The translations under genes and the position numbers were made by a program. DNA of 64,000 nt. Source: Alphaproteobacteria bacterium (lineage in GTDB: Bacteria > Pseudomonadota > Alphaproteobacteria > UBA828). Of this stretch, positions 27,833 to 39,287 are shown piece after piece. The notes beneath the pieces were generated by a model. The model did not search any database. It was not told the origin of the DNA and saw only the letters and a program-made list of their open reading frames with translations. Position 1 is the stretch's first letter. Each line of letters opens with the position of its first letter. Location of the stretch: positions 192,001 through 256,000 of the forward strand of contig CBDCQT010000007.1 of NCBI GenBank assembly GCA_965220745.1, written 5' to 3'.

Positions 27833-28991
27833 AGCCGTCGCGGTGTTCCCGCATGGTGACCGGGCGCTGGATCGGCGGGCGGCCCTCCGCGGCGCTGGGC
27901 GCGATTGCCACGCCGAGGCCGGGCACATCGGGGATGGCGACGAATCCGTCCTCCATGGGCGGCACGCCGATGACCACGTCCGAGCCGAGGAGCTGGAGAC
28001 TGGTCTCCATCTTCAGCGCCTCGAAGCCGGTCGTGTATTCCTGGATCGCGAAGTTGGGGATCGCGGCGGCAAGATGGAGGCAGGCGGCAAGGCCCAAGGG
28101 CGAGAGCGGGTTGTGGGGCGCCACCAACACGTGATGGGCCTCGGCCATCGCGGCCACCTTGCGCGCGCCGGTGATGCCGCCACAGAGCGCGACATCCACG
28201 CGTGCGAAGCCCGCGCCGTCACGCGCGAAAAGGGCGCGGAAGTCGTGCAGCGAGGCGTAACGCTCCCCGGTCGCAATGGGCGCATGCACGCGGCGCGCGA
28301 CCTCGGCCATGGCGTCCGGGTTCTCGGGCCGGATCGGGTCTTCGCACCAGTAGGGCAGATAGGGCTCGATGCGCGGGATGAAGTCGATGGCTTCGGCCGG
28401 GGTAAGCCGCCGATGCAGCTCCAGCAGCATGTCGACCTCGCCGCCGAGCGCCTCGCGCACCCGGCGCACGGTCTCTACCGCGCGGCCCATGTGGGCCACG
28501 TGGGAGGCGAAGAAGGGCTCGTCCTCGCGCTCGTCGAGGAAGGGGTTGATGTGGCCCACCGCGTTGAAGCCTGCCTCCTTGAGGGCAACGCAGTTCTCCA
28601 CCAGCTCTTCGGTGGTCTTGCCGTAGGCGTGGCCGTAGACACGCGCCCGCTCCCGGCACGGGCCGCCGAGGAGGGAGTGGACCGGGACGCCCAGCGCTTT
28701 GCCCTTGATATCCCAGAGCGCGATGTCGATCGCCGCGATGGCGCCGTTGATGGCCGCGCCCTGGAAGTGGCTGAAGCGGTGCATCAGGCTCCAGTGGCGC
28801 TCGATGGGTCCTGGGTCTTTTCCCATGAGATGTTCGGCGAAGGTCTCGATGGCGGCGCGGGAGGCAGCGAGATGCCCCCAGGTGCCCGATTCCCCGAGCC
28901 CGATGATGCCGGCGTCGGTCTCGATCTCGACGAAAAGGAACTGGCCGATCGAGACCGGCGTGACGGCGGTGATCTTCATGGGTTGAGACAT
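27816..28991 (-). CDS. mandelate racemase/enolase superfamily enzyme (acid-sugar dehydratase, DgoD-like)
   Basis: IDIALWDIKGKALGVPV, ELHRR, CEDP, ATGER, APHNP, IQEY, PGLGV. Confidence 0.88.
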   Translation of the reverse strand: MSQPMKITAVTPVSIGQFLFVEIETDAGIIGLGESGTWGHLAASRAAIETFAEHLMGKDPGPIERHWSLMHRFSHFQGAAINGAIAAIDIALWDIKGKALGVPVHSLLGGPCRERARVYGHAYGKTTEELVENCVALKEAGFNAVGHINPFLDEREDEPFFASHVAHMGRAVETVRRVREALGGEVDMLLELHRRLTPAEAIDFIPRIEPYLPYWCEDPIRPENPDAMAEVARRVHAPIATGERYASLHDFRALFARDGAGFARVDVALCGGITGARKVAAMAEAHHVLVAPHNPLSPLGLAACLHLAAAIPNFAIQEYTTGFEALKMETSLQLLGSDVVIGVPPMEDGFVAIPDVPGLGVAIAPSAAEGRPPIQRPVTMREHRDGFVVDQ

Positions 28992-28999
28992 CCTATGGC

Positions 29000-30166
29000 T
29001 CAGTCCACCGGCTCCAGCCTGAGCAACATGCCGTCGGGGTGGTCGGTGAGCAGGTAGATGAGGCCGTCCGGCCCCTGGCGCACATCGCGGATGCGCTCTT
29101 CCAGGTCTTCGAGCATACGCTCCTCCACCACGACCCTGCCGCCCGCGACCTCCAGGCGCACCAGGAGCTCGCCGGAGAGCGCGCCGGCGAAGAAGCTCCC
29201 GCGCCAGGCGGGGAAGCGGTCCGCGTCGTAGATCATGAGCCCGGACGGCGAGATAGATGGCACCCAGTAATGCACCGGCTGGGCCATGCCTTCTTTGTGG
29301 GTGCCCTCGCCGATCTTGAAGCCCATGTAGCTCTTGCCGTAGGTGATCACCGGCCAGCCGTAGTTCACCCCCGGCTGGATCAGGTTCAGCTCGTCGCCGC
29401 CCTTGGGCCCGTGCTCGATGGCGTAGATGCGTCCCGTCGCTGCCTCGCGCGTCATGCCCTGGGGGTTGCGGTGGCCGACGGAGTAGAGCTCGGGCCGCGC
29501 GCCAGCAGTCCCGACGAAGGGATTGTCCTCAGGCACGCGCCCGTCGTCGTGGAGGCGGATGATGCTGCCCGCCGGGTCGTCCAGCTCCTGGGCGCGGTCT
29601 GAATCGCCCCGATCGCCGGCGGTGACGAAGAGGTAACCGTCGGCGAAGACCAGGCGCGAGCCGAAGTGTCGGCCATTGTCGTCGCGTGGCAGTGCAACGT
29701 AGAGCTCCTCCGCATCCTCCAGGCGGTCGCCGACGAGCCGGCCGCGCGCGACCGCGGTAGCGGCCTCGTCATCGTCGTCGGGACTCGCGTAGGAAAGATA
29801 GACGAGGCCGTTCTCGGCGAAATCCGGGTGCAGGGCCACGTCGAGCAGCCCGCCCTGGCCGTCGTCCCACACATCGGGCACGCCTGAGACCGGTTCGGCC
29901 ACGAGTTTGCCACCATCGACGATACGGAGCCTGCCGGGGCGCTCGGTCACCAGCATCCGCCCGTCGGGCAGGAAGGCGAGGCCCCAGGGGTGCTCCAGCC
30001 CGTCAGTTACCTTGACCAGATGGAAGCGCTGCTTGGCGGTCTCGTACGTGCCCAGCCGCTCGGCCGCCGCCAGCGGCTCGACCGCGCCGAGGCAAAGCGC
30101 TGCCATCGCGAGCAGGGTCCAGACGGTGCCCCAGGTTCGTACTGTGTTGGCGTGGCCTTTTGACAC
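29000..30166 (-). CDS. PQQ-dependent sugar (aldose) dehydrogenase, YliI/GSDH family
   Basis: Signal peptide, LEHPWGLAFLPDG, GQGGLLDV, HFGSR, GHRNPQG, EHGPKGGDELN, NYGWP, RIRDV. Confidence 0.92.
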   Translation of the reverse strand: MSKGHANTVRTWGTVWTLLAMAALCLGAVEPLAAAERLGTYETAKQRFHLVKVTDGLEHPWGLAFLPDGRMLVTERPGRLRIVDGGKLVAEPVSGVPDVWDDGQGGLLDVALHPDFAENGLVYLSYASPDDDDEAATAVARGRLVGDRLEDAEELYVALPRDDNGRHFGSRLVFADGYLFVTAGDRGDSDRAQELDDPAGSIIRLHDDGRVPEDNPFVGTAGARPELYSVGHRNPQGMTREAATGRIYAIEHGPKGGDELNLIQPGVNYGWPVITYGKSYMGFKIGEGTHKEGMAQPVHYWVPSISPSGLMIYDADRFPAWRGSFFAGALSGELLVRLEVAGGRVVVEERMLEDLEERIRDVRQGPDGLIYLLTDHPDGMLLRLEPVD

Positions 30167-30309
30167 GGCCTGCTTTTCCCTTCCGGTGCGCGGACCCTAT
30201 CACCGCGAACGGGCGGCACGCCAGCGCCCCACGACCCGCACAGGGTTGCGGCTGGCGTTCGCTTGGGCCACCGTTCCGGCACAGTGATGAAGCGATGGGA
30301 CTGCGCGCA

Positions 30310-30885
30310 ATGACACGGCAGATCAGCCCTGCCCTGCTGCAACGGGACCGTTCGGCCCTGGTCGTCATCGACATGCAGGAGCGGCTGATGCCGGTGATCG
30401 CGGAGGGCGAGACGGTGACGCGCGCGGCCGGCGTCCTGATCGAGGCATCGCGGCAGCTCGAAGTGCCGGTGGTCGTGACGGAGCAGTATCCCAAGGGCCT
30501 CGGCCCCACCGTCGACGCCATCGCAGGTCGGCTTCCCAACGATGCGACGGTCGTCGAGAAGATGACCTTCAGCGCCGCGCGCAGTCATGACTTCGCCTCT
30601 CAACTCGACGGGTTCCGGGCCGCGGGGCGCGATCACATCGTGGTCTGCGGTGTCGAAAGTCATGTCTGTGTGATGCAGACCGCCGCCGACCTCGACGCGC
30701 AGGGCTACACAGTCCATATCGTCGCCGACGCCTGCGGCTCGCGCGCACCCGCCAGCAAGGACGCCGCGCTGGCCAGGTTCGGGGCGATGGGCGTCTCTTG
30801 CGTGACCACCGAGATGGCACTGTTCGAGTGGCTGGAGGTTGCGAGCACGCCGGAGTTCAAGGCTGTCTCCCGCCTCGTCAAGTAG
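30310..30885 (+). CDS. isochorismatase family hydrolase
   Basis: VIDMQERL, TEQYPKGLGPT, EKMTFS, GVESHVCV; start ATG 30310 or 30295. Confidence 0.9.
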   Translation: MTRQISPALLQRDRSALVVIDMQERLMPVIAEGETVTRAAGVLIEASRQLEVPVVVTEQYPKGLGPTVDAIAGRLPNDATVVEKMTFSAARSHDFASQLDGFRAAGRDHIVVCGVESHVCVMQTAADLDAQGYTVHIVADACGSRAPASKDAALARFGAMGVSCVTTEMALFEWLEVASTPEFKAVSRLVK

Positions 30886-30927
30886 GTCGCGCGAGACCGT
30901 CGCGGGATTGCGGGGAAATAGGGGCCG

Positions 30928-31485
30928 ATGCTGGTTCGCCGGATGGTGCTTGGCACGGCGGTCGCGGTGGTGCTGCTCGTCGGTGCAGTGCCTTATGCCA
31001 ACGCGACGCAGATCATCCTGATCGGCGGCGGCTCGGAGGGCAGCGTTCCCACCCACGCGGCGCGCCAGATTTGCGCTCTGGTGGACGAGAGTGCCGGCGA
31101 CAAGTACGGCTGCATCGCGCGTACGGCACCGGGGTCGGTCTTCATCGTTCGCGCGATCGATATCGGCCTGATGGAGTTCGGCTTTGCCCAATCCAAAGGC
31201 GTTCACGAGGCCGTCGTCGGCTCGGGCGCGTGGGAGGGCGAGCCAGTGGCGGGCCTGCGGGCCGTCTTCCGCCTGTCCCCAGAGACAGCAGAGCTCGTGA
31301 CCGGCGCCGATATCGCCGACGATCTCGTCTACGACGTGGTGCGAACCGTGTTCGAGGCACTCGACGTGTTGCGGAGCGCGCATCCGGCGCTCAACGGCCT
31401 GGATCCCACGGCGATGCTGGAGGGGCTCTCGGCGCCCCTGCATCCCGGCGCCGCGCGCTACTATCAGGAGCGGGGATGGCTCTAG
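30928..31485 (+). CDS. TAXI family TRAP solute-binding protein, internally deleted (185 aa)
   Basis: Signal peptide, GSV...FGFAQS, LRAVF..PE then directly LVT..D...LVYDVVRTVFE, HPAL, APLHPGAARYYQERG. Confidence 0.75.
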   Translation: MLVRRMVLGTAVAVVLLVGAVPYANATQIILIGGGSEGSVPTHAARQICALVDESAGDKYGCIARTAPGSVFIVRAIDIGLMEFGFAQSKGVHEAVVGSGAWEGEPVAGLRAVFRLSPETAELVTGADIADDLVYDVVRTVFEALDVLRSAHPALNGLDPTAMLEGLSAPLHPGAARYYQERGWL

Positions 31486-31519
31486 GCGCGGCCATGACAA
31501 GCATCCGGACACCATAGCC

Positions 31520-32299
31520 ATGCGGCTCTCCCCGAGGCGGCGTGCGCCGTCGATCCGGCGCTCGGACTGGCACCCTGCCCCGGCACAGGTGCCCGAGGGC
31601 GAGCGGGTCTACGCCATCGGCGACATTCACGGCCGCCTCGACCTGCTGCACATGCTGGTCGACGCGATCGAGGAGGAGCAGCGTGGCCTGCCGCCCTTAC
31701 GCCCCACCGTGGTGTTCCTGGGCGATTACGTGGACCGAGGGCCTGAGTCGCGCGGGGTCATCGATTTTTTGCTGGAGCAGCCGCTGCCCGATTTCGCGCG
31801 GGTGCATCTGCGCGGCAACCACGAGGACTGGTTCGAGAGCTTCCGTTCCGATATGTCCGTCGGGCCAAGCTGGCTCTATTGCGGGGGCGCGGAGACGCTC
31901 GCGAGCTATGGCCTCCGGGCAACACCTGGTGAGGACGATCCGATGCGGCTCCGGGCGCTGCAGGCGGACCTCGCGACGGCGCTTCCCGCGTCCCACCGCG
32001 CCTTTCTGCGCCAACTCGAACCCTATCGCGAGATCGGCGGCTATCTCTTCGTCCATGCCGGCATCCGGCCGGGTGTGCCGCTCGCCGAGCAGGCCACCGA
32101 CGACTTCTATTGGATTCGCGACGCCTTCCTGCACTCCAACGCAGATCACGGCCATGTCGTCGTGCATGGCCACACGATTGCGAACGAAGCGCAGGTCTGC
32201 CCCAACCGCATCGGCATCGACACGGGCGCCTTCGCGACAAACGTGCTGACCTGCCTCGTGCTGGGGGCGGACCGCTATCGCCTGATTCAGACTGCGTGA
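31520..32299 (+). CDS. metallophosphoesterase, Ser/Thr protein phosphatase (PphA-like)
   Basis: GDIHG, GDYVDRG, GNHE, VHAG, HGHT, IDTG. Confidence 0.92.
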   Translation: MRLSPRRRAPSIRRSDWHPAPAQVPEGERVYAIGDIHGRLDLLHMLVDAIEEEQRGLPPLRPTVVFLGDYVDRGPESRGVIDFLLEQPLPDFARVHLRGNHEDWFESFRSDMSVGPSWLYCGGAETLASYGLRATPGEDDPMRLRALQADLATALPASHRAFLRQLEPYREIGGYLFVHAGIRPGVPLAEQATDDFYWIRDAFLHSNADHGHVVVHGHTIANEAQVCPNRIGIDTGAFATNVLTCLVLGADRYRLIQTA

Positions 32300-32321
32300 G
32301 TGAGGGGCAGCGGCGTGCGGC

Positions 32322-32888
32322 CTATTCGGTCGGCAGCTCCGCCGGGTCGGCGCTCAGGGAGCGGAGATAGGCGAGCACGTTTCCGCGGTCGCCGTCCTTG
32401 GAGACTCCCTTGAAGGCCATCTTGGTGCCGGGCACGTTGCCCTTGGGGTCGGCGATGAATGCGCTCAGGCGTTCGAAGTCCCAGACGCCGTCCAGCTCCG
32501 CCATGGCGCCGGAGTAGTTGAAGCCCTCGTGGGTCGCGATTGGCCGGTTCACGATGTTCCAGAGATTGGGGCCGACCTTGTTCTTGCCGCCGTCGTCGAC
32601 GGTGTGACAGGCGGCGCACTTCTTGAAGACCTTCTGCCCCTTGGCGGGGTCGGCATCGGCCAGCAGCTCGGCCAGTGACATCGCCGGCATCTCGGGTTCG
32701 TCCGCCACGGCCTCGTCGTGCATGGCGTCGTCCTGCTCAAGGCCCGCGACCACGTAGTGGATCACCCGCTCATGGTGGCCATGTTCGAGTTTGCCGAAGG
32801 CGGCGAGCGAGATGAGCCACGCCGTCATCGCGGTCAGACCCGCAAAGAGGATCGCGCCGAAGACCTTGTTCAGCTCGTAGGTGTTCAT
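32322..32888 (-). CDS. membrane-anchored class I cytochrome c (CycM/cy-like)
   Basis: N-terminal anchor MNTYELNK..., CAACH, KVGPNL, PGTKM; divergent from kdsB. Confidence 0.92.
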   Translation of the reverse strand: MNTYELNKVFGAILFAGLTAMTAWLISLAAFGKLEHGHHERVIHYVVAGLEQDDAMHDEAVADEPEMPAMSLAELLADADPAKGQKVFKKCAACHTVDDGGKNKVGPNLWNIVNRPIATHEGFNYSGAMAELDGVWDFERLSAFIADPKGNVPGTKMAFKGVSKDGDRGNVLAYLRSLSADPAELPTE

Positions 32889-33078
32889 GCCGCCCGTTGA
32901 AGTGGGTGGAACCGGGTCGTCGAAAGCCGACGGGGCGCGAGATTAGCCGCTTCAACCGGCCATGTCCAACCATCCTCCGGCCCTTCGAGCACCGCCCTCG
33001 ACAAGAGCCGCCCGGCGGCTTATCTCGCACACGAATGAAGGTGCAAACGAAGACGAACATGGGGGCGAGGGGCGGCCG

Positions 33079-33852
33079 ATGAGCGCCTCGGCCGCCACGC
33101 GCCCGCCGCCCCGGAACCCAATCGTGCTGATTCCGGCGCGCATGGCCTCGACCCGGCTTCCCGGCAAGCCGCTTGCCGACATCGCCGGCCGGCCGATGAT
33201 CGTGCGCGTGCTGGAGAGGGCCGAGGCCGCGGCCATCGGCCCCGTAGTGGTCGCCTGCGCCGAGCCCATCATTGCAAAGGCGGTCGAGGGCGCGGGAGGG
33301 CGCGCGGTATTGACCGACCCCGATCACCCGTCCGGCTCCGACCGAGTTTTCGAGGCGCTGCAGGCCATCGACCCGGCGGGCGAACACGACGCGGTGGTCA
33401 ACCTGCAGGGCGATCTGCCCACCCTCGACCCGGCTTTGCCGGCGCGCTCGCTCGCGCTCCTGGCCGATCCTGCCGTCGATATCGGCACGCTCGCGGCAGA
33501 GATCGTCGACCCGGCGGAGCGCGACGATCCCAGCGTGGTCAAGGCCGTGGTCTCGCGAGAGCCTGCGAGCGCTCACGGCCGGGCCCTCTACTTCACCCGC
33601 GCGACCGCGCCCTCGGGCGGAGGTCCGCTCTGGCACCATATCGGCCTTTACGCCTACCGGCGCGAGGCGCTCGCCCGCTTCGTCGCGCTCCCGCCGAGCC
33701 CATTAGAGCGCCGCGAGCGGCTGGAGCAACTCCGCGCGCTCGAGGACGGGATGCGCATCGAGGTCGCGTTCGTGGACACGGTCCCGCTGGGCGTCGATAC
33801 CCCGGCGCAGCTCGAGCAGGCACGAGCGCTAGTCTCCGGCAACCTGGAGTAA
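33079..33852 (+). CDS. kdsB: 3-deoxy-manno-octulosonate cytidylyltransferase
   Basis: [50 protein letters not shown]. Confidence 0.94.
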   Translation: MSASAATRPPPRNPIVLIPARMASTRLPGKPLADIAGRPMIVRVLERAEAAAIGPVVVACAEPIIAKAVEGAGGRAVLTDPDHPSGSDRVFEALQAIDPAGEHDAVVNLQGDLPTLDPALPARSLALLADPAVDIGTLAAEIVDPAERDDPSVVKAVVSREPASAHGRALYFTRATAPSGGGPLWHHIGLYAYRREALARFVALPPSPLERRERLEQLRALEDGMRIEVAFVDTVPLGVDTPAQLEQARALVSGNLE

Positions 33853-33859
33853 AGAAGAG

Positions 33860-34396
33860 ATGATGGAGCAAGTCCTCTCCTTCTGGTTCGAACGCCATGG
33901 CCCCGATCAGTGGTGGGCCAAGAACCCCGCCTTCGACGAGGAGATCCGCACCGAGTTCGGTGCCCTCCATGCCAGCGCAGCGCTCGGCGAGCTGCACGAA
34001 TGGCGCGAGGCGTCGGAGGGCCGCCTTGCCGAGATCATCGTGCTCGACCAGTTCTCCAGGAATCTCTACCGCGAGGACCCGCGCGCCTTCGCCTGCGACG
34101 GCATGGCGCTCGCGCTAGCGCAAGAGGCGGTGCGCATCGGCGCCGACAAGGCGCTGCCGCTGGAGCGTCGGCACTTCTTCTATCTGCCCTACGAGCACAG
34201 CGAATCGCCCCGCATCCATGAAATCGCCGTCACCCTCTTCGAATCACTCGACGATCCCGAGAGCCTGAAATACGAGCTGCAGCACAAGGCGATCGTCGAC
34301 CGTTTCGGGCGTTATCCGCACCGCAACAAGGCGCTCTCGCGCCCCTCCACGGCCGAGGAAATCGCCTTCCTCAAGACCCCCAACTCCTCATTCTGA
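33860..34396 (+). CDS. DUF924 family protein
   Basis: VLSFWF, IIVLDQFSRNLYR, YLPYEHSE, RFGRYPHRN. Confidence 0.92.
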   Translation: MMEQVLSFWFERHGPDQWWAKNPAFDEEIRTEFGALHASAALGELHEWREASEGRLAEIIVLDQFSRNLYREDPRAFACDGMALALAQEAVRIGADKALPLERRHFFYLPYEHSESPRIHEIAVTLFESLDDPESLKYELQHKAIVDRFGRYPHRNKALSRPSTAEEIAFLKTPNSSF

Positions 34397-34486
34397 GCCT
34401 TGCGAGCGCGCGGTTGACGCTCACCCCGGCGGGGGGCATGTTGCGCCCACTTTTCGGCGCGACGGCGCGGCACAGGACGGAAGCCC

Positions 34487-36502
34487 ATGCCTTCCACAAT
34501 GGCTGAAGGGCGCGCACCGCGCGTCGATCACGCGGACATGGCGAACGCCATCCGCGCCCTTTCGATGGACGCGGTGGAGCAGGCACGCTCCGGGCATCCC
34601 GGTATGCCGCTCGGCCTTGCCGACGTCGCGACCGTGCTCTTCGGCCGCTTCCTCAAGTTCGATCCCGCGCGCCCCGACTGGCCCGACCGGGACCGCTTCG
34701 TTCTCTCGAACGGTCACGGCTCGATGCTGCTCTATTCGTTGCTCTACCTCACCGGCTATCCGGACATCGACATCGACGAGATCCGCAACTTCCGCCAGCT
34801 CGGCAGCCGCACGGCGGGCCATCCGGAGTACGGCCTCGCCGCTGGGATCGAGACCACGACCGGCCCCCTGGGCCAGGGTCTCGCCAACGCGGTCGGCATG
34901 GCCTTGGCAGAGCGCAGCATGGCGGCGCGCTTCGGCGCGGACCTGGTGGATCACCACACCTACGTCGTCTGCGGCGACGGGTGCCTGATGGAAGGCATCA
35001 GCCAGGAGGCGATCTCGCTCGCCGGTCACCTGCAGCTCGACCGCCTAATCGTGCTCTACGATTCGAACGATATCTCCATTGACGGCCCCACCAGCCTCTC
35101 CTGCTCCGACGACGCCCGGGCGCGCTTCGAGTCCGCCGGCTGGCACACGCAACGCATTGACGGCCACGATCCTGACGCGGTGGCGGCGGCCATCGCCGCA
35201 GCCAAAGCCGAGCCCCGGCCCTCGATGATCGAGTGCCGCACGGTGATCGGCTACGGCGCGCCGACCAAGGCCGGCACTGCCGCGAGCCACGGCGCGCCGC
35301 TTGGAACTGACGAGATCGCGGGCACCCGCGAGGCGCTGGGCTGGCCGCACGCGCCCTTCACGGTGCCCGACGCAGTCCTTGCCGCCTGGCGTGCCCTTGG
35401 CGAGCGGGGCAGGGAGGCGCGGGTAGCCTGGGAGGCATGCCGCGCCGCCCTCGACGAGGGCCGCCGGGCCGAGTTCGACGGCGCCGCCGCGGGCGCGCTG
35501 CCCCCGGCGCTCGCGGAGGCTCTCGCAGGCCTGAAGGCCACGTTCGCCGAGGAGCGCCCCACCATTGCCACCAGGGTCGCCAACAAGCGGGTCATCGGCT
35601 CTATCGCCGACGCCCTGCCGTCCCTCATCGGCGGCTCGGCCGACCTCACCGGCTCCAACGGCACCAAGAGCGACGAGTTGACCCCAATCACGCCCGGCGA
35701 CTACGGCGGCCGCTACCTATATTACGGGGTGCGCGAGCACGCCATGGGCGCGGTGATGAACGGCATGGCGCTGCACGGCGGGGTCATCCCCTTCGGCGGC
35801 ACCTTCCTCACCTTCACCGACTATTGCCGGCCGGCGATCCGGCTTTCCGCGCTCATGGAGCTCCGCGTCATCTACGTGATGACCCACGATTCCATCGGCC
35901 TCGGGGAGGACGGACCGACCCATCAGCCGATCGAGCACTTAGCCAGCCTACGGGCCATGCCCAACCTGCTTCTCTTCCGGCCGGCCGATGCCATCGAGAC
36001 GGCAGAATGCTGGGAGCTCGCCCTGGCCAACGCCGAACGCCCCTCGGTACTCGCGCTGACGCGGCAAGGCGTGCCCTATCTGCGGTCGGCCGAGAACGGC
36101 TCCGGGAACGCCTGCGCGCGCGGCGGCTACGTGTTGCACGAGGCGTCGTCAGGGACACCGCAAGTCGTGCTGCTCGCCACAGGATCGGAGTGCGCGATCG
36201 CCGACGAGGCAAGGCAGACGCTGGAGGCCGACAGCGTGCCGACACGGCTGGTCTCGCTTCCCTGCTGGGAGCTGTTCGACGAGCAGGAGCCCGCCTACCG
36301 CGAGAGCGTGCTGGGCGGCACCGACGCGCTGCGGGTTGCGGTCGAGGCCGCGAGCCCGCTCGGCTGGGAGCGCTATGTGGGCGCCTGCGGCACCGTCGTC
36401 GGGATGCGGAGTTTTGGCGGCTCGGCGCCCGCTAAGGACCTTTACGCTCACTTCGGCATCACGGCGGAGGCCGTGGTCACAGCGGTAAAGGCGCGGCTTT
36501 AA
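34487..36502 (+). CDS. tkt: transketolase
   Basis: [49 protein letters not shown]. Confidence 0.97.
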   Translation: MPSTMAEGRAPRVDHADMANAIRALSMDAVEQARSGHPGMPLGLADVATVLFGRFLKFDPARPDWPDRDRFVLSNGHGSMLLYSLLYLTGYPDIDIDEIRNFRQLGSRTAGHPEYGLAAGIETTTGPLGQGLANAVGMALAERSMAARFGADLVDHHTYVVCGDGCLMEGISQEAISLAGHLQLDRLIVLYDSNDISIDGPTSLSCSDDARARFESAGWHTQRIDGHDPDAVAAAIAAAKAEPRPSMIECRTVIGYGAPTKAGTAASHGAPLGTDEIAGTREALGWPHAPFTVPDAVLAAWRALGERGREARVAWEACRAALDEGRRAEFDGAAAGALPPALAEALAGLKATFAEERPTIATRVANKRVIGSIADALPSLIGGSADLTGSNGTKSDELTPITPGDYGGRYLYYGVREHAMGAVMNGMALHGGVIPFGGTFLTFTDYCRPAIRLSALMELRVIYVMTHDSIGLGEDGPTHQPIEHLASLRAMPNLLLFRPADAIETAECWELALANAERPSVLALTRQGVPYLRSAENGSGNACARGGYVLHEASSGTPQVVLLATGSECAIADEARQTLEADSVPTRLVSLPCWELFDEQEPAYRESVLGGTDALRVAVEAASPLGWERYVGACGTVVGMRSFGGSAPAKDLYAHFGITAEAVVTAVKARL

Positions 36503-36567
36503 AGCGCTCGGGACCGCCGCAGGCCGAGCCGATAGCAAGACGCGACATCTCATACATCGGAGGGATC

Positions 36568-37572
36568 ATGACGGTTCGCATCGCCATCAACGGCTTCGGG
36601 CGGATCGGCCGCAACATCTTGCGCGCCATTCACGAATCCGGCCGCACCGATCTCACCGTCGTCGCCCTCAACGACTTGGGTGACGTGGAGACCAACGCCC
36701 ACCTGCTGCGCTACGATTCGGTCCACGGGCGCTTCCCCGGCACCGTCGAGGTGGCGGAGGGCTCCATCGACATCGGCGCAGGACCGATCAAGGTGCTGCG
36801 CGAGCGCGACCCCGCCCGGCTGCCCTGGGCCGACCTCGGCATCGACGTGGCGCTGGAGTGCACCGGGATCTTTACCGCGCGCGAGAAGGCCGCGGCACAT
36901 CTGGAGGCCGGCGCCCGCGCGGTCCTGATCTCGGCCCCCGGCACGGACTCCGACCTCACGGTGGTCTACGGCGTCAATCACACCGCGCTCACGCCAGAGC
37001 ACCGCATCGTCTCCAACGCGTCCTGCACCACCAACTGCCTCGCGCCGGTCGCCTCGGTGCTGCACGAGGCCATCGGGATCGAGAGCGGCTTCATGACTAC
37101 GGTGCACGCCTACACGCTGGATCAGCCGGTGCTCGACACGCTGCACAAGGACCTCCGACGGGCACGCGGTGCGGCGGGCTCGATGATCCCGACTTCCACC
37201 GGCGCTGCGCGCGCCGTGGGCCTCGTGCTCCCCGCGCTCGCCGGCAAGCTGGACGGCACCGCGGTTCGCGTGCCGACCGCCAACGTCTCGATGGTCGATC
37301 TCAACTTCGTCGCCCGGCGGGCGACCTCCGTGGCCGAGATCAACGAGACCGTGGCGAGCGCCGCCGCCGGCGCCATGGCGGGCGTGCTGGCCTACAGCGA
37401 GGAGCCGCTGGTCTCGGTCGACTTCAACCATCGGCCGGAAAGCTCGATCGTCGATGCCGGGCAGACCGCCGTCGTCGATGGCACGCTCGGCCGCGTGCTC
37501 TCCTGGTACGACAACGAATGGGGCTTCTCGAACCGGATGGGCGATGTCGCCGCCCATCTCGGCAATCTGTGA
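36568..37572 (+). CDS. gap: glyceraldehyde-3-phosphate dehydrogenase, type I
   Basis: [25 protein letters not shown]. Confidence 0.97.
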   Translation: MTVRIAINGFGRIGRNILRAIHESGRTDLTVVALNDLGDVETNAHLLRYDSVHGRFPGTVEVAEGSIDIGAGPIKVLRERDPARLPWADLGIDVALECTGIFTAREKAAAHLEAGARAVLISAPGTDSDLTVVYGVNHTALTPEHRIVSNASCTTNCLAPVASVLHEAIGIESGFMTTVHAYTLDQPVLDTLHKDLRRARGAAGSMIPTSTGAARAVGLVLPALAGKLDGTAVRVPTANVSMVDLNFVARRATSVAEINETVASAAAGAMAGVLAYSEEPLVSVDFNHRPESSIVDAGQTAVVDGTLGRVLSWYDNEWGFSNRMGDVAAHLGNL

Positions 37573-37609
37573 CAGAGCCCGCGCAACCCTCCAGCCTGGG
37601 GCTCGCGGC

Positions 37610-38814
<1,205 letters not shown>

Positions 38815-38818
<4 letters not shown>

Positions 38819-39249
38819 GCGGACGGCGGCCCGCGATCGTCGTGCACGATCTCGACCAGGCCATCGGCGCGCTCCGGGCAGCGGCCACGGCTGGGGTGCC
38901 CGTGACGCTCTGGTCCGCACCGGGTGCCGTGTCCTACGCCGGGCTCGGCTTCCTGCGTACGGTGTTCGAGAAGGCCGGGGAGGCGGTGCCGGAGGCCGAC
39001 CACGACGCGGTCGTCGACTGCAGGGGCAGCGCCGTGCTCGCCCACGAGGCGCTGGGCCGGGGCTTCGCCAGCGTCGCCTTCACCGGCCGCGGAACCATGC
39101 GCAAGACCCTCCAAGCCATCGCGGACGGCCAGAACGGCCGGCTGATTACCGCCGGGCCGGGCCGCGGGGCGCTCGACCTCGCCTACTCCGCAGACCCGGA
39201 ACGCGACAGCACCGCCTTTCTTGCGAAACGGCGCGTCAGAGGCTCATAA
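38815..39249 (+). CDS. hypothetical protein resembling the N-terminal half of class II fructose-bisphosphate aldolase
   Basis: GTGA overlap with pgk; [22 protein letters not shown] and GFASVAFTG parallel class II aldolase motifs. Confidence 0.65.
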
Positions 39250-39287
39250 GCTCTGGCAAACGAACTGCGCGTCGGTCAGGATAGGCC

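Noticed and set aside
27816-28991. Possible muconate cycloisomerase partner for the intradiol dioxygenase
   Set aside because: About 17 kb away, lacks the KxK motif, and its motifs fit the acid-sugar dehydratase branch.
32896-32956. Imperfect hairpin between the cytochrome c gene and kdsB
   Set aside because: No match to a known RNA motif by eye; such stems are common in GC-rich spacers.
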